Both the position numbers and the translations under genes were made by a program. The notes under the pieces were generated by a model. That model searched no databases, was not told where the DNA came from, and saw only the letters and a program-made list of their open reading frames with translations. This document shows, piece after piece, positions 51,736 through 62,251 of a stretch of DNA of 64,000 nucleotides. Numbering within the stretch: the stretch's first letter is position 1; the number at the start of each line of letters is the position of its first letter. Source of the stretch: Yuukianura sp. NJ FZ-2021. Lineage: Eukaryota. Where the stretch lies: contig CM102287.1 in assembly GCA_046563655.1 (NCBI GenBank), positions 62,001 through 126,000 on the forward strand, written 5' to 3'.

Positions 51736-51882
51736 TTTTCTTATGGTGAAAATAAATGAGTCAATCAAAAATTAAACATTAATAGTTTTCATTTTAACCC
51801 CATTCTAAAATTACTGACTACCTATGAATCTATGATTAGTCCCTTTTTAATATACATTATAGTTTTCTGGGAAAGAAAGTTA

Positions 51883-52794
51883 TTAATAATCTACCCATCC
51901 TTCACGGTCCTCAGGAGCCGAATCTGCCAGTTTAATAACTCTTTTTATAAGTTCTTTGGGAACTTTTTCTTTAGGAATTCTGCTCAATTGTCCTAATAGA
52001 AAGGCGAAGCCTTTTCGCGGAAAGAACCCATTTAAATCCACGCAAATATTTCCAGGGTACATGTCGGAAAAGTACGGTGGACAATATTGAAACCTTGTTC
52101 CTACGCGCCGTATATCTTCAACATCGAGTTGAATGAAGAAAGAAGCTTTTATCGCGACTTGAATGGGTCTTGTACTCCCGCAATCACTGATCTCTTCTAA
52201 AAGGTCATGAAGGTCTTTCTTAGGACCTGGATTTGCCCACATTTCTAACTTTTGAAATCCGATTCGATCTCGAACCTCCTTTGAAGAAGGGATGATTCGG
52301 ATAAAGCGACTTAAGTCGTCCCGATTCCCTAACATGTTACTAAGACCCTCATTTGCTTGATAGTTAATATGCCATTTGTCATCGTCCTCAGCGTGGTAGT
52401 AAAACCCTAAGGGTTTGTCCTTGATCTCCGGTTTGTAGAATTTTTCACACGTGACCTGCGCAATTGCATCACCTTTTCTTAGGTGGAAAGATTTCCTGCC
52501 ATGATTAAAAATCGTCATTTTGCAAATGCCTGATATTGTACCCCCTTCCATGACCTCTGGGGCAACGGTTATTCCATGGCTAAGCGTATGTCTGTAAATA
52601 GAAGTTATTCTTCCGAAAAGTCCTAACGGAATACGCAAGGCGATTCCGGTGGAAACAACACAACGGTCTCCTGGCGAAATGTCATAATCCGCGGAAGTGT
52701 AAATAGTAAGGCCAGCCTCATGGGCTTCTCCCCAGTGAGGTGCCTTGGCGTCTGGAGAGTGTAAAGTGAACTCTATGGGCTCAAAGTAAGCCAT
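51883..52794 (-). CDS. Degenerate trimeric dUTPase domain fused to an unknown ~180-aa domain
   Basis: DAKAP.....AGL.IY.......PGDRCVVSTGIALRIP.G.FGRI...FNHG...F.L.KGD.IAQ; catalytic motifs altered. Confidence 0.85.
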   Translation of the reverse strand: MAYFEPIEFTLHSPDAKAPHWGEAHEAGLTIYTSADYDISPGDRCVVSTGIALRIPLGLFGRITSIYRHTLSHGITVAPEVMEGGTISGICKMTIFNHGRKSFHLRKGDAIAQVTCEKFYKPEIKDKPLGFYYHAEDDDKWHINYQANEGLSNMLGNRDDLSRFIRIIPSSKEVRDRIGFQKLEMWANPGPKKDLHDLLEEISDCGSTRPIQVAIKASFFIQLDVEDIRRVGTRFQYCPPYFSDMYPGNICVDLNGFFPRKGFAFLLGQLSRIPKEKVPKELIKRVIKLADSAPEDREGWVDY

Positions 52795-52826
52795 TTTGAA
52801 AGGAAAATGAAATGAACGAAATGAAA

Positions 52827-53630
52827 CTAGTTTTCCTTATCTGACTCCAAGTAGTCGTCACAAGTCTCGGCGTAAGCGTCGCCTGCGATACAAATTTCGT
52901 CGATGAGCTGGTCGTCTGTACTCAACCCTCTGCGTTCCTGAGTCTCCTTTGTCTTCTCTCGGCGTTGGACTTGGCGTTCGGACAGTGTGCTCCAGTAGAT
53001 GATTTTCTCTGTTTCGTAAAGACTGAAGAAGTACTTTACTTCTTCCCTCCGTCCTCCGTTGCAGTGAAGGATGTCGGCCAAGTCTCGGAAGCAGTATGGT
53101 CGGTAGGGTCGTCGAGTTACAGCTAATATCAGACTGTCGGTCCGGAAATCGGTTAGTGGAGCTCCTGGCTGACGAGTGATGTGTATGGTGGTGAAGTGAG
53201 TTAGTTCTAGCTTTTCCTGTAAGCCAAGTCGCAGGAACTCATCTGTCTTGATCCCAAGATCAAGTATTCCTTCACAGTGTCGGACGAATGACACGAGAGT
53301 TAGCGGGAATCGATCGATTCTAATCTGGGCGAATCTGTAGATTAGCTCGTGTCTGCAGTGAGTCAGCTGGTACCTATAAGTAGAGCGTGGATCTTCCCAA
53401 ATCCAGATTTCTAGCTTGTTGATCAGTGGTTTCCAGGCGAGTTTAGTAGTCTTGACTAAACTGTCTATCAGTTCCTTTAGTTCGGGAAAACAGTCTTTGA
53501 GGAGACTCAGCTCGATTACACTCCTCGAGGCGAGAAATCTCGCTCTCTCGTACCGCTGATTTGGTTGGTTTCTTTCTCGAACTGCGTCTATGAATCCAGC
53601 TGGCAGGTTGTGAAGTCCGTTCACTGACAT
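52827..53630 (-). CDS. Retroelement accessory ORF, unknown function
   Basis: 267-aa intact ORF, co-oriented, preceded by a TTTTCAG acceptor. Confidence 0.75.
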   Translation of the reverse strand: MSVNGLHNLPAGFIDAVRERNQPNQRYERARFLASRSVIELSLLKDCFPELKELIDSLVKTTKLAWKPLINKLEIWIWEDPRSTYRYQLTHCRHELIYRFAQIRIDRFPLTLVSFVRHCEGILDLGIKTDEFLRLGLQEKLELTHFTTIHITRQPGAPLTDFRTDSLILAVTRRPYRPYCFRDLADILHCNGGRREEVKYFFSLYETEKIIYWSTLSERQVQRREKTKETQERRGLSTDDQLIDEICIAGDAYAETCDDYLESDKEN

Positions 53631-53769
53631 GAGTTTTTAGAATTCTGAATTCTGAAAATGACGTGTTTTTAGTCTATTGTTTTACAAAGTTCTATTTATT
53701 TTACTATTCTAGCCTGCTACTCCTGAGTACTATCTACTAATCTTCAAAATAGATGCCCTGCCTGTATGC

Positions 53770-54039
53770 TTATTTCTTTGGGTTATATTTTAAAGGTTTG
53801 TCTTTGTAAAACGCGGAAAGTGCGCAACTTGGGTTGACGCGATAGTCCATGTAAAATCGAAGGGTGTCTCCTTCCTCAAGTTCGCACATTGCCTTCTTCT
53901 GGCATCCTCCGCAGAACTCCATCCAGAAGTGTTCCATTGGAATACGGAGTTCCTGGTTTAACGAGTCGGGTTTTAACAAACGCGTTCTTGGTTTTCCACC
54001 GGAATTCGGCCGGCCACACCAAGTACAGCTACGCGGCAT
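53770..54039 (-). CDS. Small accessory ORF with CxxC...CxxC (Zn-binding?)
   Basis: CTWC...FCGGC; TTTAG directly before the ATG. Confidence 0.6.
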   Translation of the reverse strand: MPRSCTWCGRPNSGGKPRTRLLKPDSLNQELRIPMEHFWMEFCGGCQKKAMCELEEGDTLRFYMDYRVNPSCALSAFYKDKPLKYNPKK

Positions 54040-54428
54040 CTAAACGTAATAGAGTTCCTAACTCATTTACTAAAGTTTTTGATTCTTCTTACTAATTGCT
54101 AATTAGGCTAACTTCCTTGTGAGCTAGGGATTAAGATAGTTATTTCCAGTTAAACTACAGCGGCATGTAAAACATTCCTATCCAGAATACTACCACATCT
54201 TCTTGCGCATGGCTTAAAACACCTAGTTATATTTCTGGTAGGTATAATTATTATTTTTCGAAAATTTATAGGTTGAATATCTATCATTGTAGCTCCCGCA
54301 TTTGGTGAAATTCAGTGTACTTATGAACTAGTGTTGAACTTTTTATCAGGTTTTAGTAATTAAGTATTGTTAATTTTAACAGCTTAACTAATGCTAATCA
54401 CTATTACTATCTTTTCTTGTGAGGTAAA

Positions 54429-56585
54429 TTACAATTCCTCCTGTTCTTCCGAAGCGCTGTCACTGTCGGAAGTAACTCTTTCCTCTTCTTCCTCCTGAAT
54501 GGTGTCCATCGTCTGGACGACCTGGATTTTGAGTGGTGAATGGAATGAGGTTCGTCCTCCTTTCTCAAATTTGTCGAGGTCAGTTCCATCTGCCCTGATC
54601 TCACCGCTTGGCCAATTTCTGCCGCTCTTGCGTCGCATATAGATCGCGTATGCGTATCCAAACATAAAAAATACCACGAAGACCAAAATTAGTAGTAGAG
54701 TGATTCCTAAGTTCCAGGCATGGTGTTCGTGGACTTCGGCAGTTGCTTGGGCCTGGCCGAACTGTCCTCCTAACATAGGAAAACCTAGCATGTAACCTCC
54801 ATGCCGGCTGATTTCACGATAGAAGAGAAAAGCTAACACTAGGCTCATCAGAACGTTCCATATTATTAGTGCAGTGTTGCTTGATGGGGCCATTTTGGCT
54901 ACCAATTGGGGAACAATCAGTGTCTTTAGCTGCGTGACCTCCGTGAGGTTTAGTTTTGGAGAGTCTAACTCCCATGTCTCGTTGAAGACGGACTCGATGC
55001 TAGGAAAAATGGTGGATTCCTTTGAGTCTCGAGATTCTGTTGCCTTTAGTAATAAATCGACCTTTGACATCATCGCTGGTATGACTATATTAACCTTAGG
55101 GTAGGTGATAGGTCCTGTTGGACAAGGATAAGGTGGTCGGACTGGCATTCTTCCTGGGATGACTAGTTGACAATCGCATGGCAACTGTACTTCGATACTT
55201 CCGATACCGTCAGCGGGGACCCTCAATGGATAGATTCGGTCGGCATCTTCTGTTCCACAATGCACGGCCATCCCTTCGGGAGCACCGGTCAGAATGAATG
55301 TATGGTAATCCAACTGTGTTATCGCGAATTCGTTTTGATCTGAGAGACACTCGAACAGACAGACCTGGTTGAGCTCTTGAACGCTAGCTCCTCGCAATAA
55401 CCTTTGTGCGCAAAGGTACCCGGATAACGGATCGGAGTTGAAGTTCGGGATTTTACAGAGTCCTGTGTCCGGTTGACATTGGTGGAGTTGGGTTCCTTGG
55501 ATTGTTACCAGATTATTCTTACTTGTAGCCAGGTAAGTTGGAGCGTGTTGGATGATACATGTGCTTCCCCGGTAGCTGAAGGGAATATTGACCATCTCAT
55601 GTAGTTGCCAATCATCTTCAGTTTTTCTGATTGGAATGCGTAGTTGGAAGATAATTCTCCCTTCAGTAGTTGTGACGCAATCTGCGATCTTCAGCTTGTA
55701 GTATTTCGAGATTTCGGTCTCTGGAACGACAAGGTCGTAACCATCCTTGTTGATGAGCCTCCTGATACTTCTCAAGTCTCTTTGCAGCTTCTTGGGTTGG
55801 ATTGCTAACAAAGGGATTGTCTGGGACCTACAGTGGTCTTGGAGATCTTTGAATCGGATGATCTCGGTGATGGCGTTGATGTGGTTGTAGATTTGAACAA
55901 ATCCTCTTCGTTGGAAGTCCAATTCTTCGAATGCTTCTTCAACGCGTTGTTCCAGCTGCGTTTCAAGAACAGTGACGTTCAGCTGCTCGGCGTACAACGT
56001 ATGGATGTTGTCATGAATACGATTCATGAACCTGGAGATGTTACTTCGAAACAACTCGAAACTATCTTTTACTGTGATTATGTTTTGGTCTGAAGTGACC
56101 ACAGCTCTCTTGATGGATTCCATGAATTGTTGTACCTTCTGAGAATCGACTTGATATTCCTTCAGATCTCGTTTAGAAGCTACGCCACAGCATATGGAGT
56201 AAAGGTCACCAATCCATGTCAACGGGTTGTAGTCGTCTATGCTGAAACGTTTCTGCCGGGTCGTGGTTTTGGATGGACTCATCATTAAGTCCTCGATTAT
56301 CTTTTGCATCACATCGGTGACATGTTCAACATAAGGTCGCATCGCGAGCGGAAACACGCAGTTTTGTCCTGATTGGCAACGTTTGGGGGTTAGGATGCCC
56401 TTTGGTAATTCCGAGAAGTTTGCCATGACATCATAGATCAAGGGGACGCTTGATGAGTACAACTCTACGTTCTTGACCTCTCGGATTAAGGCTCCAGTGG
56501 TCACTCGTACTTGTTTTGGTATTATTTCGTATGCAGCGACAGGGGTGAGTAGAAGAAGAGTTATTGAGGCGTAGATCGCCGCCAT
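54429..56585 (-). CDS. env: Envelope glycoprotein, baculovirus F / errantivirus-like class I fusion protein
   Basis: Signal peptide, furin site RQKR followed by FSID..PLTWIG.L...C.GVA, heptad region, Cys-rich ectodomain, C-terminal TM segments. Confidence 0.85.
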   Translation of the reverse strand: MAAIYASITLLLLTPVAAYEIIPKQVRVTTGALIREVKNVELYSSSVPLIYDVMANFSELPKGILTPKRCQSGQNCVFPLAMRPYVEHVTDVMQKIIEDLMMSPSKTTTRQKRFSIDDYNPLTWIGDLYSICCGVASKRDLKEYQVDSQKVQQFMESIKRAVVTSDQNIITVKDSFELFRSNISRFMNRIHDNIHTLYAEQLNVTVLETQLEQRVEEAFEELDFQRRGFVQIYNHINAITEIIRFKDLQDHCRSQTIPLLAIQPKKLQRDLRSIRRLINKDGYDLVVPETEISKYYKLKIADCVTTTEGRIIFQLRIPIRKTEDDWQLHEMVNIPFSYRGSTCIIQHAPTYLATSKNNLVTIQGTQLHQCQPDTGLCKIPNFNSDPLSGYLCAQRLLRGASVQELNQVCLFECLSDQNEFAITQLDYHTFILTGAPEGMAVHCGTEDADRIYPLRVPADGIGSIEVQLPCDCQLVIPGRMPVRPPYPCPTGPITYPKVNIVIPAMMSKVDLLLKATESRDSKESTIFPSIESVFNETWELDSPKLNLTEVTQLKTLIVPQLVAKMAPSSNTALIIWNVLMSLVLAFLFYREISRHGGYMLGFPMLGGQFGQAQATAEVHEHHAWNLGITLLLILVFVVFFMFGYAYAIYMRRKSGRNWPSGEIRADGTDLDKFEKGGRTSFHSPLKIQVVQTMDTIQEEEEERVTSDSDSASEEQEEL

Positions 56586-56708
56586 TTTTCTTTTCTAGGG
56601 GAATGAAAAGTTCCTAAATATTCTGAAGCTGTCCTACCACTTAACTACCTTAACTACCTAATTTCCCGCCTCCGTAATTCTATATGAGTAGTTAATTAGT
56701 GGTGCGTT

Positions 56709-59700
56709 TTATGACAAGAACCTCGCAGGTTTCCTGACGACTCTTCCTGAGCGAGTTACTATCTCGGGTTCTTTTGCCTTTTCGTCGGCCACGTTGGCCT
56801 TACTAATTTCTTCATCTTCTGAGGAAATGTCCTCATCTGTTGATACTTGACCTACGTCACTGTCGACTTCGGCGTCGACCTCGGCGTTATCGTTGACGGG
56901 TTCCCTAATCTCTCTATCCGCGACCGGAAGGTCAAAAAAAATTTCGGGTGTGGGCTTATCGTGTCCTTCCCCAACTTGATCTGCTGCTACTCCCGAAGCA
57001 GCCGTCGTTACGTACGACATGTCGGATTCATGAAACGCTTTCATGTTTTCAATGTGGACTCGAGTGAGCTTAGAGTCGGGATCTGCGTCCCGCAACCGAC
57101 AATAATAAGAGAGAGAGGACTTCCTCCCAATCACGATGTAGGGGCCTTTAAACCGCATGGCGAGTTTGCGGCTTATCCCTGGTTTTGTCTTATGTACTTT
57201 AAGGAGTACTAGGTCACCGACCTTAAATTCGAAGGGTTGGCGACCCGGGTCGAACAACCTCGCCTGCCTTGCCTGGGCTTTCCGAAGTCCAGCTTGTGCA
57301 GCTTTCCGTGCTGCTTCCATGCGTTGGATACGCGTCGGAATTTCAACGGCGTCCTTGACGGTGTCCAAAGCGACGTCCATAGGATGTAGTGGATTCCGTC
57401 CATGGAGAATGTAGTAACTGCTAAGTCCTGAGCTGTCCTTATGGACGGCTGTATTTAGGCTGTAAACAGCAGACCCTAAATATTTGTCCCAATCACGCTG
57501 GGTGCTGGAGACATAATTAGTAAGTACCTCCTCGAGGCTTCGGTTAGTTCGCTCGACTAAACCGTTGGTCCTGCTGTGATACGGAGTAGAGTACAGATTG
57601 GTGATACCGATCAATTTGTTAAACTCTTTAAAGAATGAGGATTGAAAAGTACTAGCATTGTCAGAAAGAAGAGTTTTGAAAACTCCGTGGGTTTGAATTA
57701 TCTCAGTCAGAAATGAGATCATCTCTTTGGTGGTATTTTCGGGTATTGCTTTAGCAAAAATGTATCTCGATACGAATTCAACTAGGACAACAATATAGCG
57801 ATTCCCTCGCTTGGTTCTGTTTAGCGGGCCTATGACATCAATACTGCACTTGTCAAACAGAGCAAGAGAGCTGATGTCAATCGGCGTCAAGAGTCCGTAA
57901 GGCTTCACATTTTTAGACTTTCTTAGTTGACACGTCGGACAATGTCTAATGTATGACGTTACACGTTTTTCCATTTTGAAAAAGAAAATACTTTGTCGAA
58001 TTCTGGCGATAGTCCTGGCGATACCAAGGTGTCCAGCCAAGGTATCATCATGGAAACGTGGAATGGCACAGTCTACCAAGTGAGCTGGTATGACTGGCAA
58101 ATATTGTTTCGTCTGTTTGCAAATGGATTTTAAAAGATCCTCGGAATAGTCAAAAGATGTACAGTATTTAGTTTTCCCTGCTTGGAGAGATTGAATGATA
58201 GTCTCTAATTTCCTGTCTTTCATTTGCTCCTGAGCCAGATTCTCCGTATAGTCTACTGGAGTTACTAACTGCATACTATACCATGTAGTTGGAAAATCAT
58301 CGATAAATTTCTTTTCACCTTCTGATTCGGATATAGGAAATCTGCTTAAGCAGTCTGCCTGGACATGGCTTTTACCATTGATGTGTTTAATTTCATAAAC
58401 GACATCCTGAAGTCGCAAGGCCCAACGAGCAAGACGACTGTTTCTAAGATTTTTACATGTTTTTAAATAGCATAGGGCATGATGATCTACGACAATAGTA
58501 ATGCCCTTGAAACCAATAAATTCTCTAAACTTGTCCAGACCCCAAACAACAGCTAGAGCCTCCTGCTCGCTAGTGTTGTAGCGTTCCTCGGCGCCACGAT
58601 ACGTTCGACTGGCGTAAGCTACTACCCGCAGGACGCCATCTGGGTCCCGTTGGTTGAGTACTGCTCCTATACCCTTGTTAGAAGCATCAGTATGAAGTTC
58701 TAAGTCTGCATTCTCGTTGAAGAACGTAAGAATTGGAGCTGAAGTTAGTTTTTCTCGTAGCGTGTCAAATGCTTGTTGTTGTTCTAAATCCCATTTGAAA
58801 GCTGCATTCTTCTTGGTTAAAGAAGTCAGTGGAGCTGCTATAAGACTGTAGTTCAAAATGAATCTCCTATAGTATCCTGCCATTCCTAAGAAAGTTCGGA
58901 TCTCCCCGATGTTGGTAGGAGGAGGCATCTTGGAAATGGCACTAACTTTATTTGGATTAACTGAAACTCCTTCCCCTGAAATGATGTGACCTAGGAGTTC
59001 AATTTTAGTCTGTCCGAAATGACATTTTGGTGGTTGGAGAGTCAAATTATATGTACGAAATTGTTCAAAAACTTTTCTCAGATTGCTCAAATGACTCGGA
59101 AAGTCTTTACTGTAACAACATACATCGTCTAGGTATGCAGTGGCAATGGAATGCAGCAGATTACCCAGTACTGTTTTGAGAAAGGCAGAAAATGCTGCTG
59201 GGGCGTTTGTTAGGCCGAAACCTACAAAGAGATATTCATACGCTCCTGTGTGTGTTACAAAGCTGGTTTTCTCAACGTCATCAGGATGGATGGGTAATTG
59301 AAAGTAACCTGACATCAAATCCATCACGCTAAAATATTTGGCTCCATTGAAAGATGCTAAGAGCTCACTGATGATGGCCATTGGCCATACAACAGTTTTC
59401 GTTAAGAAATTTAGGCGTCTCCAATCAACGCACATTCTAAACTTGTCACTATTTTGTTTTCGTACTAAAGAGACTCCTGCGGACCAAGGTGATTGACTCT
59501 CCCGAATAATGCCTGCGTTTAACAATGTTTCGACTTCCTTTTCTATAATTTTCTTTTCAACTGGGGATTTCTTGTATGGAGGGCAACTTACAGGAAGTGC
59601 ATCTCCAGTGTCAATCCGGAAACTAACATCCTTAGCTTTCCCTAGCTGGTCCAAATTGAAAGCAAAGACATCTCCGTACTCTAAGATGAGTTCTCTCAAT

Positions 59701-60668
59701 TGTTGTCTCTGCCCAGGATCTAATTCTGGATTGATATCGATGGAGTCTATATTTTCCCGAGTTGATTTAAAACGAGCTGCTCGAATTTCTTCTTCCGGTT
59801 GCGAATCTCTAACTATAACTCGGCTAATCCATCCGACATTTACACCTCTGTAAAGTGTCACAGGAACTGGTCTTGGATTATCGTCTGGAATAAGGAATTC
59901 CCCTTCTGGAATATGGGCTAAATGAGGAATGCAAATGCCTAATTTGTCTAATCCTGTTCCATTAGGTTCAAAAGCTAAAGTTCCACTAATCGTATTGACA
60001 GGAGATACTTTCACCTGAGTGGTGGCGAACGGTGGAAGAACTACCTCTTCCACTGTCAAGACTTTAGGTGTGGATGGATGATTCTTTTTGGACAAATTAC
60101 TTTCTTCCACCCTGACTGAATTCAGAATTGTTTTAGTCCCTGTGGAAGGGAAAACGTTAAGACGTTTAGGGTGACACATTCCCTGAAATTGGAATTCCGC
60201 TAAACCGTTGGGATTAAGCAGCCGATACTGCATTAAATTGGCCGCTTGAAAATCTAACCCAATAATAAAATCCACAAAACTTTTATCTATGACAAAGAAA
60301 TCCCAATCAAAGAATTCGTCCTTGGTGCGGGTGAACTGAACCCTAATTCTGGAAGTGCCTAAAATTTTGACATGGCTGTCATTAGCTAATTTTATTTTGA
60401 AAGGTTGGCTTAATTTGTCAAATGTTTCAGCGTTATGTTTTGTAACGATGCTAACAGAAGCTCCGTTGTCAATTAAACAAGTTTTTCGAAAAAGTGTGCC
60501 AGATTCGTTAATAAAAATTGGGGTAATGAAATTTCCTCGGAGTTTGGAATCATTAACATCGAGTTGCATGGAATTGATAGTTGGTTCATTTAACGTTTCA
60601 TTTTGGTAAAAAGGGGGACATGAAAGAATGACGTCAGCTCCCCCTACTGACGTGCAGTGGAGTTTTCC
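56709..60668 (-). CDS. pol: Pol polyprotein (PR, RT, RNase H, integrase), entered by -1 frameshift
   Basis: LIDNGASVS, FRMCVDWRRLN, DLMSGYFQ, FGLTNAP, YLDD, TDAS, H..GHLG..CPTC, DVIGP/SDNA/GLVER, GPY. Confidence 0.97.
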   Translation of the reverse strand, partial: GKLHCTSVGGADVILSCPPFYQNETLNEPTINSMQLDVNDSKLRGNFITPIFINESGTLFRKTCLIDNGASVSIVTKHNAETFDKLSQPFKIKLANDSHVKILGTSRIRVQFTRTKDEFFDWDFFVIDKSFVDFIIGLDFQAANLMQYRLLNPNGLAEFQFQGMCHPKRLNVFPSTGTKTILNSVRVEESNLSKKNHPSTPKVLTVEEVVLPPFATTQVKVSPVNTISGTLAFEPNGTGLDKLGICIPHLAHIPEGEFLIPDDNPRPVPVTLYRGVNVGWISRVIVRDSQPEEEIRAARFKSTRENIDSIDINPELDPGQRQQLRELILEYGDVFAFNLDQLGKAKDVSFRIDTGDALPVSCPPYKKSPVEKKIIEKEVETLLNAGIIRESQSPWSAGVSLVRKQNSDKFRMCVDWRRLNFLTKTVVWPMAIISELLASFNGAKYFSVMDLMSGYFQLPIHPDDVEKTSFVTHTGAYEYLFVGFGLTNAPAAFSAFLKTVLGNLLHSIATAYLDDVCCYSKDFPSHLSNLRKVFEQFRTYNLTLQPPKCHFGQTKIELLGHIISGEGVSVNPNKVSAISKMPPPTNIGEIRTFLGMAGYYRRFILNYSLIAAPLTSLTKKNAAFKWDLEQQQAFDTLREKLTSAPILTFFNENADLELHTDASNKGIGAVLNQRDPDGVLRVVAYASRTYRGAEERYNTSEQEALAVVWGLDKFREFIGFKGITIVVDHHALCYLKTCKNLRNSRLARWALRLQDVVYEIKHINGKSHVQADCLSRFPISESEGEKKFIDDFPTTWYSMQLVTPVDYTENLAQEQMKDRKLETIIQSLQAGKTKYCTSFDYSEDLLKSICKQTKQYLPVIPAHLVDCAIPRFHDDTLAGHLGIARTIARIRQSIFFFKMEKRVTSYIRHCPTCQLRKSKNVKPYGLLTPIDISSLALFDKCSIDVIGPLNRTKRGNRYIVVLVEFVSRYIFAKAIPENTTKEMISFLTEIIQTHGVFKTLLSDNASTFQSSFFKEFNKLIGITNLYSTPYHSRTNGLVERTNRSLEEVLTNYVSSTQRDWDKYLGSAVYSLNTAVHKDSSGLSSYYILHGRNPLHPMDVALDTVKDAVEIPTRIQRMEAARKAAQAGLRKAQARQARLFDPGRQPFEFKVGDLVLLKVHKTKPGISRKLAMRFKGPYIVIGRKSSLSYYCRLRDADPDSKLTRVHIENMKAFHESDMSYVTTAASGVAADQVGEGHDKPTPEIFFDLPVADREIREPVNDNAEVDAEVDSDVGQVSTDEDISSEDEEISKANVADEKAKEPEIVTRSGRVVRKPARFLS

Positions 60669-62161
60669 GGAACAGTAGGCGGAGTAGCGTTTGCCGATGG
60701 TCGTTTGTTGTGTTTTGGACAGTCAACTCGGCGGTGATTCTCTCCACATGTCCAGCATTCTATGGGAGTACCGTCAACAAGATGAGTTTTTCTATCAGCT
60801 TCACGGGGTCGCCCTGATCCACGACCACCGCGGTTGTTCCAACGTCCTCGGGATGAACCTTGTGTATTCCGAGAACCACTACCCCGGTTACCGTTGGAAT
60901 CGTCCCTCTTGGACCCCCCTCCACCACGGGAGTATCCATGTCCGGCTTTACCGTATCCACGGTTGTTTCCCCTGTTCCAGCTACCGCGGTAACCCCCACG
61001 AGGACGTGAGTCCTTTCCGCTGGTATTGGAATCTTCTTGACCTTCCTCAATCCCCATAGCGTTGAACCTAGCTACCATCCTTTTCTGGCTACTAGAATCT
61101 TTCTTTCTGTCCATCATAAATTCGTAGTCTTCTTTTTGGATCAAGAAATCAATAACATCTTTAGGAGTCTTAGGCTGTCGGAGAAAGACCTCATGACTTT
61201 CCTCCTGACCAAGACCCTTCAACAAGTATTTTACCCGTTTTTCGTCCTTCATGACGGTTCCCTGACTTTTGTCTAACTGATCGCACAACCGCATAATGTT
61301 ACTACAGTACTCCTCGATACGGACGTTCTTTCCACGCCGCATTTGAGCAAGTTTATGCTCAAGGGCGTCTTCGGTAAGCCTGGACTTGAAGTCCAACTTA
61401 AAAGCTGCCTCAATTTTAGGCCACGACAAAGGCAACACTTCGCCATCGTCATCAATGTTGGCTGGATCCCTTTTCCAGTCTGTACAGTAGTTCAGCCACC
61501 AAGTCTTAGCGTACTTGGTGAGATAGAGAGGAAAATGGGTGACCTTCGCAGCGTCATCCCAGTGTTGCGTAGCAGCAACTGCTTTGAAAGTTTGCATGAA
61601 ATTCGTGGCTTGGGTTCCACGTTTCCCTTCGAAGATGGGATCACCAGGCGGGTTCCACACCGAAACAAACACGTTCCCGGTTCCACCTGGTGCCACTAAT
61701 GCCACAGGACCAGGGGTACTCCCACCCGGAGCCCCTGCACCAGTATTATTTGGATCACTCATGTCGCCTTGGATAGTGCCGGATAAATCAAGACTTAAGT
61801 CCCTACGGAGACTACCTCTTTCCTGAGTAGGATTTGGAATAAGAATAGGACGATCTGACCTGTCAGCCTTCGCGGCCTTAGCTGTGTGCTGGCTTTTCCT
61901 TGCCACACGCTCGTCCTTCACTATGATCGTTGGGTTGGATGGAGGTTGGACAACCACTACCTCTGGTATGGCCCTGATCTCTGGATTCGTTGGAGTGGTG
62001 CTGGACCCTGCTTGCGTACCTGAAGCAATTTCCTCCTCTCGATTCTTAGGCGACTTCGACTTGGACCGATTGTCCTTTAACACCGAATCCAATGCAGTGA
62101 ATGAAAATTGTGGTGTTCCTCGATCCCTCTTTTTCCCCGATCCGGAATCACCAGTACTCAT
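60644..62161 (-). CDS. gag: Gag with capsid domain, RG-rich region and CCHC knuckle
   Basis: FEG....ATNF...F...A....W......F..YL...A..WW, CWTCGENHRRVDC; first ATG at 62161. Confidence 0.93.
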   Translation of the reverse strand: MSTGDSGSGKKRDRGTPQFSFTALDSVLKDNRSKSKSPKNREEEIASGTQAGSSTTPTNPEIRAIPEVVVVQPPSNPTIIVKDERVARKSQHTAKAAKADRSDRPILIPNPTQERGSLRRDLSLDLSGTIQGDMSDPNNTGAGAPGGSTPGPVALVAPGGTGNVFVSVWNPPGDPIFEGKRGTQATNFMQTFKAVAATQHWDDAAKVTHFPLYLTKYAKTWWLNYCTDWKRDPANIDDDGEVLPLSWPKIEAAFKLDFKSRLTEDALEHKLAQMRRGKNVRIEEYCSNIMRLCDQLDKSQGTVMKDEKRVKYLLKGLGQEESHEVFLRQPKTPKDVIDFLIQKEDYEFMMDRKKDSSSQKRMVARFNAMGIEEGQEDSNTSGKDSRPRGGYRGSWNRGNNRGYGKAGHGYSRGGGGSKRDDSNGNRGSGSRNTQGSSRGRWNNRGGRGSGRPREADRKTHLVDGTPIECWTCGENHRRVDCPKHNKRPSANATPPTVPENSTARQ

Positions 62162-62251
62162 ACCCTTTTGAAACGGGCGTAATACCTTAAGCAAATCATA
62201 TACATACAACTTTAAGTATAGATCCAAAACCAGAAAATAAATTCTTGGATT

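Noticed and set aside
60590..60646. Gag stop-codon readthrough (CAG-TAG-GGG, MLV-like)
   Set aside because: The zero frame hits TAA 18 codons later; pol is in the -1 frame.
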